Program-made: the position numbers and the translations under genes
Assembly (NCBI GenBank): GCA_043753995.1
Contig: JAYUVP010000053.1
Location: 1-24,797, forward strand
DNA length: 24,797 nt
Direction: 5' to 3'
Source: Fibrobacterota bacterium
GTDB taxonomy: Bacteria; Fibrobacterota; Fibrobacteria; UBA11236
Notes under the pieces: model-generated
Databases searched by the model: none
Told to the model about the DNA's origin: nothing
What the model saw: the letters and a program-made list of their open reading frames with translations, nothing else
Shown: positions 1 to 6,987 of the stretch, piece by piece
How the letters are laid out: the number at the start of each line of letters is the position of its first letter
Numbering within the stretch: the first letter of the stretch is position 1

Positions 1-359
1 GTCTAAATCCCGTTCGCTTGAGTGTGGTGATGGAGGCGGGAAGGCCGACCTTTGAACTAGCACAGAAGGTCGGATATTTCACCGTCAATATCCTAGGGGA
101 AAGCAATACTCCACAGATGAAGCCCTTTTGGGGTGGCCTCAAATCGGGACAAGCTCCCCTCGATGTGGTGGCCTATACGGTAAGTGAAGCTGGCGCTTTA
201 ATCATTGATGGAATCTTGGCTTATGCACACTGTGAGATTGAAGCCATTCATGAATTCGACCAGCATCGCCTTGTGGTGGGCAGGGTTGTGGATCATGCCG
301 TTTTGAATGCCCAGGATAAACCCAAGGTGCATATTCGCACTAAAGGGACGAGTTACTGA
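1..359 (+). CDS. Flavin reductase family (FMN-binding split barrel) protein, 5'-partial
   Basis: The frame is open from the window start (LNPVRLSVVM...). It carries the flavin reductase-like pattern FTVNIL...GALIIDGILAYAHCEI...DQHRLVVGRV. Confidence 0.8.
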   Translation, partial: LNPVRLSVVMEAGRPTFELAQKVGYFTVNILGESNTPQMKPFWGGLKSGQAPLDVVAYTVSEAGALIIDGILAYAHCEIEAIHEFDQHRLVVGRVVDHAVLNAQDKPKVHIRTKGTSY

Positions 360-366
360 CTTCGGT

Positions 367-1896
367 TTAACTGCGGAAGACCGCCGAGGTCATGGCGAAT
401 TGACCACGTGTCGTCGTCAGTTCTGCCCGCGCATAGTTTACGCCAGCAGGGAAATCGATTCGCTCATCGCAGCGAAGAGCTTGCGGTTGCCATTCTTGGA
501 TGCGACTTTCATGCCGCTGCCCGACCTGCCCGCCCACCAAATCGATTTTTTGAATGTCTCCAAAATCCAAGCTGCTCTGGGCTGCCAAAAGAAGCTTTCC
601 ATTTTCAGTCTGTAAGGACAAAAAAGGCCCGTCGGTGGCCGTGCATTGCCCTGCATGCACCGAGCGCTGCAAGGTGGTTAGCTCGGCATTGACCGCTGGA
701 AAAAGGGTGCGCACCTTACCAAGGACATGGCTTCGGCTACGGTATAGGGAGAAAAGCGGAAATTTCACTCCGACATTTTGATTGAAATCCCCATGAGCAT
801 CGTTGGCGCCAATAGGCAAAAGACGATGTCCTTGGAGCAAGGACTCCACCCAAAAACGACGGCCTTCTACATAGTCCCTGGATTTAGATCCATTCCAGAA
901 CTGTAGGCCACTCAAAGACTTAGGATTTTGCTTGGTTTCAAGGTGGGGGACACCAAGGTCGGTATTATCCCAAGGACCGCGCCTGAAAATGAACCGTTCT
1001 AAACGCCCGATATTCACCTTGGGATGAGCCGCGAAACTCGGCGTTGAGCCTAGCCTAGCTAAAACCTCTTCGATGCGAAGATCAGGATGATTTTGTAAAC
1101 CACGTCGGCCTCCATCCCCGAGGCCAGGCAAATATTGGTCATGCCCCATGACCAGGAGATGGACATTCTCTCCGGCGCTATTCCCGCAAGAAACCTCTTC
1201 ACCTGGGATGAGTCGGCAGCCTTGAGTTGAGGCATTGATGCCCAAGGCCTCGGCCTGATAGGCAGCGTAAACCTCGTGGGGATCGCAGGCCTGCATATAA
1301 CTGTCTTTGCGATAGCAAAAGTCATAACTGTGATCGGTGACTTGAATGAAATTCAAGCCCAGCGCTTCGCCGGCAGCCTGCATGGCAGCCAAAGGCGCGC
1401 CGAATTCCACCGGGTCACTGCTATAATCGCTGTGGCAATGCATTTCCCCTGCTTGCCAATCGGCAGGGTAGGGTGGGGTTTGTTCCAAACGCCGAATGCG
1501 CAAGGGCTGGGGCGGTAAAAACGGATAATTCGCCTGGAGAATTCGAGTTTCTCTCCCCTTTTCATTACGAACCGTCAGCGTGGCATGCAGGGAATATTCG
1601 CCAGGAGTTTCAGGCAAATCAATAGGCAAGAGTTCAAAAGAAATCGGGGCTTGCAGGCCTTGCTCCCGACTCCAATGACCGCTTTGCCGCCATCCTTCGG
1701 GGCCGAGCAGCACCCAGTCCATGTGAATATTGCGAATGGGGAAAAGGTGCGCATCCTTCACCGCCAAGAAAATGGGGCAGGAGCGTCCGGGTAAAACAAA
1801 GCTGGGTGCGTCTAAAAAAATCTCAGGCCATGGACGCCACAGCGGGCTCCAGGGAAGTCGAAATTTAAAATGCGTTTCCGCGTAGGCAAGGGACAC
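367..1896 (-). CDS. PHP-domain metallohydrolase (CehA/McbA-like) with N-terminal extension
   Basis: 509-aa ORF with the PHP metal-binding motifs in order: HCHSDYS, VTDH, PGEE, VHLL, AHP, NDAH. GTG start; no obvious signal peptide. Confidence 0.8.
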   Translation of the reverse strand: MSLAYAETHFKFRLPWSPLWRPWPEIFLDAPSFVLPGRSCPIFLAVKDAHLFPIRNIHMDWVLLGPEGWRQSGHWSREQGLQAPISFELLPIDLPETPGEYSLHATLTVRNEKGRETRILQANYPFLPPQPLRIRRLEQTPPYPADWQAGEMHCHSDYSSDPVEFGAPLAAMQAAGEALGLNFIQVTDHSYDFCYRKDSYMQACDPHEVYAAYQAEALGINASTQGCRLIPGEEVSCGNSAGENVHLLVMGHDQYLPGLGDGGRRGLQNHPDLRIEEVLARLGSTPSFAAHPKVNIGRLERFIFRRGPWDNTDLGVPHLETKQNPKSLSGLQFWNGSKSRDYVEGRRFWVESLLQGHRLLPIGANDAHGDFNQNVGVKFPLFSLYRSRSHVLGKVRTLFPAVNAELTTLQRSVHAGQCTATDGPFLSLQTENGKLLLAAQSSLDFGDIQKIDLVGGQVGQRHESRIQEWQPQALRCDERIDFPAGVNYARAELTTTRGQFAMTSAVFRS

Positions 1897-1907
1897 AGGA
1901 CATAAAG

Positions 1908-2108
1908 CTAGCGCATACGCAAAAGATTTGAGTCGAAACCATTGCGAGACGATTGAGAATTGTCGACTTGCTTGGCGAATGAAAACCGGCGCTCTTCCTT
2001 ACGACGTTCAGGAAAATTGATATCCACCTGATTTTTACGACGTTCGTCCTTGCGCAAATCCCATCCGCCTCCGTTGAAGCGTCGAGCGGTCGATGCGACC
2101 ATTTTCAT
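1908..2108 (-). CDS. Small Arg-rich hypothetical protein (ERR repeats)
   Basis: GGAGA RBS upstream of ATGs at 2108 and 2102. The stop lies 11 nt before the PHP gene start. Sequence includes LRKDERRK...FPERRKEERR. Confidence 0.55.
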   Translation of the reverse strand: MKMVASTARRFNGGGWDLRKDERRKNQVDINFPERRKEERRFSFAKQVDNSQSSRNGFDSNLLRMR

Positions 2109-2224
2109 GTCTCCAGGATGCGGGTTAAAAGGCACTCAAACGATAATTAACCATGGACCTTAGTTTACCCGGAGTATATGCAAAACCCCTGTCAAAAGTC
2201 GAGAATTTGGTGTTTGGCCTACTA

Positions 2225-2252
2225 AGTTAACATAATATATCTTATGCGAACT
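2225..2252 (-). other. dif: dif site (XerC/XerD chromosome dimer resolution site)
   Basis: The minus strand reads AGTTCGCATAA-GATATA-TTATGTTAACT, matching the 11-6-11 architecture of E. coli dif (GGTGCGCATAA-TGTATA-TTATGTTAAAT). It lies in an intergenic position between divergent genes. Confidence 0.9.
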
Positions 2253-2354
2253 ATTGGCTTGGGGAGGCGGGGGAGGAGAAAGGTCGCAACCCACCCTTTA
2301 AAAGTCCCTCTTCGAAGGAATAACATCCCAAAACCCATTCCAAGGAAGGAAATC

Positions 2355-2894
2355 ATGCCTACCCATCCTGAAATCATGGATCCACCTCAATAAGTCGGGT
2401 TTAAAACATCCACCTGCCCATGCTGTTCTGGGCTGCCCTTTGAGGTCTGCTGCGAGCCCATTCTAGCTGGCACTCCTGCGTCGACCGCAGAAGCCTTAGT
2501 GCGCTCCCGATACACGGCCTTTGCCAAAAAATGCCTGGACCATGTCGCGAATACGCATGCGGCCGAAATCAAGGAAGACTTTAATCGCGCGGAAGCGGAG
2601 CGCATGGCTGACGAATGTGAATGGTTAGAACTTCGCATTCACAAGGCGGTTGAAGAAGGCAATGATGCCGAAATTGAATATGTGGTGCGTGTCCGACGAG
2701 ATCAACTCACTATGACCAAGGCGGTTCAAAGTCGCTTTCGTCGTGACCAAGGCCAGTGGTTTTTTGTCAGTAGCAAACCCGCGCCGCATCTTGAAAATGC
2801 CCGCAGCAATAAAACGGGACGCAATGATCCTTGCCTTTGCGGATCGGGCAAGAAATACAAGAAATGCTGTGGTGCCTTGGTTGAAAGCCGATGA
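2355..2894 (+). pseudogene. YchJ family protein with N- and C-terminal SEC-C-like Cys motifs, interrupted by an in-frame TAA at 2391-2393
   Basis: RBS AAGGAAGGA precedes ATG 2355, in frame with ORF 2499-2894. The frame translates [55 protein letters not shown]... and ends with [18 protein letters not shown]. The family call is strong; pseudogene status is uncertain. Confidence 0.65.
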
Positions 2895-3658
2895 GCGATT
2901 CGAAACATTTCCTTTGCACGTCTTGCGGCAAATGCTGTTATGGATCCGTGCCTTTGACTCTCAAGGATGCCTTGACTTTCGTCGGAATTTTTCCGCTTTG
3001 CCTAGTATGGACCCCCGTACAAAAAGGCAGCAAAGATTTCAAAATGGCGAAAATGCTTGGGGCCACTTTACCCTTAATCAAGGGAATAGAAATCGCCACT
3101 TATATAGTGCCGACAGCGTTTATTCCTAGCTCTTTTCCCTGCCCTGCCTTGGTGAATGAAAAGCTATGCGGTATTCATCGCGAGAAGCCTTCGCGATGCA
3201 AAACCATGCCATTGTATCCGTATCGCGAAGAACGATATCAGGAAGAATTGCTTAAACCACATTCAGGGTGGGAATGCGACATTTCCCCGGCAGCGCCGGT
3301 TCTCCTCCAAGGAAAGCAAATACTCCAACGTCAGGATTTTGATCTTGAAAAACAGGACTTAGTCGAGCAAGCGCCCATTTTACGCCGCTATGCCGAATAC
3401 ATGCTTAAATACACTCCCCCACTTGCTACCAGCTTGTCCATGGCCTCGAATCAAAGCAAGGGAGGCCAAGTCGTGACTAGCCTATCGTCTTTTATAACGG
3501 CCACCAAGCATGGAAATGCTAAAGAAATCGCCGCGAAGCAATTACCGGTACTTCTGCGCTATGCCGATCAAACGTCAAATGACGCTAAGCTTTTGGATTA
3601 TTACAACTATTACACGATGTGGAGCAAAGAAATGGCCTATCTGTCGCAGCGGCCTTAA
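2891..3658 (+). CDS. YkgJ-family CxxCxxCC cysteine cluster protein (putative Zn/Fe chelating)
   Basis: [10 protein letters not shown]...CPAL...[15 protein letters not shown] motif set. ATGA overlap with the upstream YchJ-like gene. Confidence 0.85.
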   Translation: MSDSKHFLCTSCGKCCYGSVPLTLKDALTFVGIFPLCLVWTPVQKGSKDFKMAKMLGATLPLIKGIEIATYIVPTAFIPSSFPCPALVNEKLCGIHREKPSRCKTMPLYPYREERYQEELLKPHSGWECDISPAAPVLLQGKQILQRQDFDLEKQDLVEQAPILRRYAEYMLKYTPPLATSLSMASNQSKGGQVVTSLSSFITATKHGNAKEIAAKQLPVLLRYADQTSNDAKLLDYYNYYTMWSKEMAYLSQRP

Positions 3659-3720
3659 TTTCAACCCTCGGCTTTGCTCAAGCCGAGGGACTACGCAAGG
3701 AATTTTGAGACCGGCTTCAA

Positions 3721-5409
3721 TTACAAACCGAGAATATCGCGCATGACACGTTCGGGATCGTCAATGAATTCAGGCAAAACATCCATCACCCCATGTCCTG
3801 GTAGGGCCCAATTATTGGTTTCGCAGCAGGAATTACTGCCCGGCGAAGTACTGGATACCACCGAAATGGCATCGCGGCTATTGTGACAACAGTTTTCTGA
3901 ATAGCAGTATTGATCCCCGGGACCGCTGTCCACTGACGGAATTTCACGGTAACATGTCTCGCCCCCATGAGCTTGCTGACTATCTACACACCAATTGGGG
4001 CTGGCCGCAACCTCCGCTTGGGTCAGACGACAAGGTTCGAAAGCATGTGATTCGGTGTGCGTGCCTCCCACATCCGGCAAATGCGCGCCATGTGGGTTGG
4101 GTGTGCATCCCGTGGCGGTTTCCTGGGTGCGGCTGGGCGAGCAATTCTCCGGAGTCGAGGGTATGGGCGCGGGTGTTTCCGGATCGGCAGGCGTGGGATC
4201 AACGATTTGAATATCCAGGGTCGCGCGACGATTGGCCTCCAATGTAGGACCGGCGGCATCGCTTTCGCCATGCGCCCAGCTTTGCAAGTCTGCGGCATCG
4301 ATGCCGGTGCCATAAGCGGGGTGGGCCAGGCGATGGACTACGGCCCGAGCGCGTTCACAAGACAAATTCCAATTGGGAACGCAACCACCTTCGGCGCTGG
4401 CATAGCCGTCAATGCGCAGGGCAAAGCTGTTGGGACCCATATTCCAGATGACGGCCAACCCATCCAAAATGCGTAAGTCTTGCGGGCGCATAACCGCCGA
4501 GGCGACGCGAAAAGGAAATTCCATGTCATAGTCGGCAGGAGAAGGGCCAGTTTGGCAGGGCATTTCCCCGGGAGGCGGACAAAGTTCAGGAGATTCTTCG
4601 CCGGAAGCTCCGCCACCTCCCCCATTTCCCCCACCTCCGCCGCCGCGTTGTCCTCCTCCACGTCCGCCCCAAGCTCCTCCCCTAGGATCGAGCTCAGGGG
4701 GGAATTCGCCTGAAATCGAAGGATGGCCCTCGCCTTGTTGCGGCAGGGGTGGCGGATTGTCGACCGAGCTGCGCTGCACCCACCCTTTGGCCGCATTCGC
4801 ATCTTCTCCCTGCTGCACCACATGGGCCAATTCATGCGCTAAAAGGTGACGGCCGGCGGAGGATTGCGGTTGATACTGGCCGGCACCGAAAACGATTTGC
4901 GATCCGGTCGTATAGGCGTGCGCATGCAGGGCGCGAGCCGATTCCGCGGCTGCGGCATTCGAGTGGATGCGTACCGCGCTGAAGTCATGCCCGAAACGGG
5001 ACTCAAAAAAACCGCGCGTCTGTTTATCCAGCGGGTTGCCCCCGCGCAAGTTGCCTAGGATGGGTTCGGACGTGACGGCAAGGCCAGGATTCGGTGCGGT
5101 GGTTTCGGCTTTTCGAAAAATGGGTTCATCTTCATTTTCACATTGTAGGCATTTACGATAAACCCCGCCCCCCAAGGGCGAGCGAGAGGTCAGCGACGGT
5201 TTCGGCATTCTCTGGGACGAGGACGACGATGAAAAAATCCCACGCGGCATGCGCAGGACCTGGTTGGCGACGCGATCGGCTTCGATTTCGAAAGGATCTC
5301 CCGGCGCGCTGAGACGAAATCCCGCTTGTAAAAGAGGTTTTGACGGTGTGAATCGCGTTTCCGACTTGGCGGAAGGTCGGGCTGGGACGGGTTCGGCGAA
5401 AGTCGGCAT
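3721..5409 (-). CDS. DUF4157 (eCIS-associated, HExxH) + OmpA-like domain + Cys-rich C-terminal domain protein
   Basis: PGDPFEIEADRVA pre-motif, then DUF4157 (PLDKQTRGFFESRFGHDFSAVRIH...AYTTGSQIVF...LLAHELAHVVQQ), a Gly-rich linker and an OmpA-like domain (IDGYAS...NWNLSCERARAV...AHGES...NRRA). GAGAGG RBS. Confidence 0.85.
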   Translation of the reverse strand: MPTFAEPVPARPSAKSETRFTPSKPLLQAGFRLSAPGDPFEIEADRVANQVLRMPRGIFSSSSSSQRMPKPSLTSRSPLGGGVYRKCLQCENEDEPIFRKAETTAPNPGLAVTSEPILGNLRGGNPLDKQTRGFFESRFGHDFSAVRIHSNAAAAESARALHAHAYTTGSQIVFGAGQYQPQSSAGRHLLAHELAHVVQQGEDANAAKGWVQRSSVDNPPPLPQQGEGHPSISGEFPPELDPRGGAWGGRGGGQRGGGGGGNGGGGGASGEESPELCPPPGEMPCQTGPSPADYDMEFPFRVASAVMRPQDLRILDGLAVIWNMGPNSFALRIDGYASAEGGCVPNWNLSCERARAVVHRLAHPAYGTGIDAADLQSWAHGESDAAGPTLEANRRATLDIQIVDPTPADPETPAPIPSTPENCSPSRTQETATGCTPNPHGAHLPDVGGTHTESHAFEPCRLTQAEVAASPNWCVDSQQAHGGETCYREIPSVDSGPGDQYCYSENCCHNSRDAISVVSSTSPGSNSCCETNNWALPGHGVMDVLPEFIDDPERVMRDILGL

Positions 5410-5475
5410 GCTCGAATTCCTCTCGTTCAGAACGCGACGGCATGTATAATCTAAACTCGTTTGACGGAGTAAGCG

Positions 5476-6867
5476 TTATCCCCCGGCTGTCCAACGTCCA
5501 AATTGATCTTCGAGATTCTTGGATCGCATGGCACCTAGGCTTTCCAGACGTGACAAGACTTTATGGGCTAAATCCATAAAAGCTTGCTCGCGGGGTTTCC
5601 AAGCCAAGCCCAGTAGCTTGGTCAGGGTCTCGCGATTGAAATCGACCGTGAGCGCATCTTCAAAGGCAATATTGCGGCCATGATCCATGCGGCTGAGCAA
5701 ATCCCCGGCGACCATTTCTAATCGGCTATGGAAGCCGGTCGGATCACGTTGCAGAACTTGCATCAAGGCATGCAAGGTGAAAAGCGAATTGAAAACGTAG
5801 CGGCGATTTTCTTTGGAGCTTTGCACCGGATAGAAATATTCGCAAATGGCCTCGCCTTCGCTTGTTTTAACCAAGGAGCGGTTGAATAAGGCTTTGAGCG
5901 GTTCAAAGGCTCTTGCGCGCTGGCTGCGATCGAGAAGCGATTCTAGTGAATTCGCGACGGGATGTGGGGCGGGGGCTGATACCAGGGTCCCAGAAGGCGA
6001 TACTGGCGCGCTTGCCAAAACAATGGTCGCCTGGCCACTGATGGCTGTGGGAGAAATAGCGGGCTTAGACTTGGGAGCGATAGCATCGAATAATGTTTTT
6101 TGCGCAGGCGAAGCGATGCGGGTCGCCGTGGCCTTAGGTGCGGGAGTGGGGTTGCGCTCCGCAGGATTGAGGGTTCCAGCCTCTTCTTCCGAGTGAGGCA
6201 CGTGGGGCAATGACGACAGGATTGAAAGCGGACTTTCAGTTTTCTCCTCCACCCTCTCGGTTACGACCGCCGGTGGGACATCCACACTTCCCGAATTACG
6301 GGTATTCGGTGTTGGGGCATTTTCTTCTAAATCCACCACGATTTCATAGAGGCCATTCATCATTTCGCGCTTGTTATTCTCAAGCTCTTTACGCAAGCCC
6401 TCTTCGATGAAACGAAGCTCTTCTTCTTTTTTGATCAACTTTTCCGTATGCTTGGCCAATTCGCGCAATTTGGTTTGCGATTCCATCAAATTGCGCTTTA
6501 CTTCGGCCAGCTCTTGCGTCTTCTTCTTGTGATCTTCGGTAAGCTTGCGAGAATCTTCGGCCAGCTTGCGTAATTGGCCTTCCTTATCCGAAGCGATGCG
6601 AAGTCGGGTCTGATAATGCTCTTGTATGAGATTTAAGGTTTCGTCGGGCTTGGTGCCATCGGCTTGAAGGCGACGTAACTCTTCAAGAGCCATTTCACAC
6701 ATTTCTTTTTCATGCCGCATGATATTGGCCGAAGCGCCAAATATTTCCTGCTGCTGCCCGGTAGAATAGGCCGCAGTCAGGGCATGGAAAATACGGTTTT
6801 CCTGGGGCTTGAGCTTAGGTAGCCCTTGCTCCTTGGTGATGAAACTCCAATCTTGGGCGGCTTTCAT
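5476..6867 (-). CDS. Hypothetical protein: N-terminal coiled coil, Pro/Ala/Ser-rich linker, globular C-terminal domain
   Basis: Long ORF. ATG 6867 has GGAGG just upstream and is preferred over the ORF-track TTG at 6942. Heptad-like E/K/L-rich run from LRKLAEDSRK to ELENNKREMM. Confidence 0.75.
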   Translation of the reverse strand: MKAAQDWSFITKEQGLPKLKPQENRIFHALTAAYSTGQQQEIFGASANIMRHEKEMCEMALEELRRLQADGTKPDETLNLIQEHYQTRLRIASDKEGQLRKLAEDSRKLTEDHKKKTQELAEVKRNLMESQTKLRELAKHTEKLIKKEEELRFIEEGLRKELENNKREMMNGLYEIVVDLEENAPTPNTRNSGSVDVPPAVVTERVEEKTESPLSILSSLPHVPHSEEEAGTLNPAERNPTPAPKATATRIASPAQKTLFDAIAPKSKPAISPTAISGQATIVLASAPVSPSGTLVSAPAPHPVANSLESLLDRSQRARAFEPLKALFNRSLVKTSEGEAICEYFYPVQSSKENRRYVFNSLFTLHALMQVLQRDPTGFHSRLEMVAGDLLSRMDHGRNIAFEDALTVDFNRETLTKLLGLAWKPREQAFMDLAHKVLSRLESLGAMRSKNLEDQFGRWTAGG

Positions 6868-6987
6868 GCAGCGCCTCCCCTGCCCTGCCCGGGCGGATAT
6901 GCTTGCGAAGTTCCTGATTGTCGCAAACTTCGTAGCCGCCAAGCAAGGGCCATACTTTTCCGGCCCAAAATCGTAAAGGTCTGACCG

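Noticed and set aside
2260..2345. Glycine-riboswitch-like words (GGAG...CGAAGGA) in the YchJ leader
   Set aside because: It lacks the CTCTCAGG element and convincing conserved stems, and the downstream gene is unrelated to glycine metabolism.
4605..4680. CCN-rich short repeats
   Set aside because: They are explained by the Gly-rich linker codons of the minus-strand gene and are not a CRISPR or independent repeat.
5435..5460. Second dif-like site (ATGTATAATCTAAACT) closing a dif module
   Set aside because: There is no XerC arm, the XerD arm match is poor and the 11-6-11 dyad is absent.
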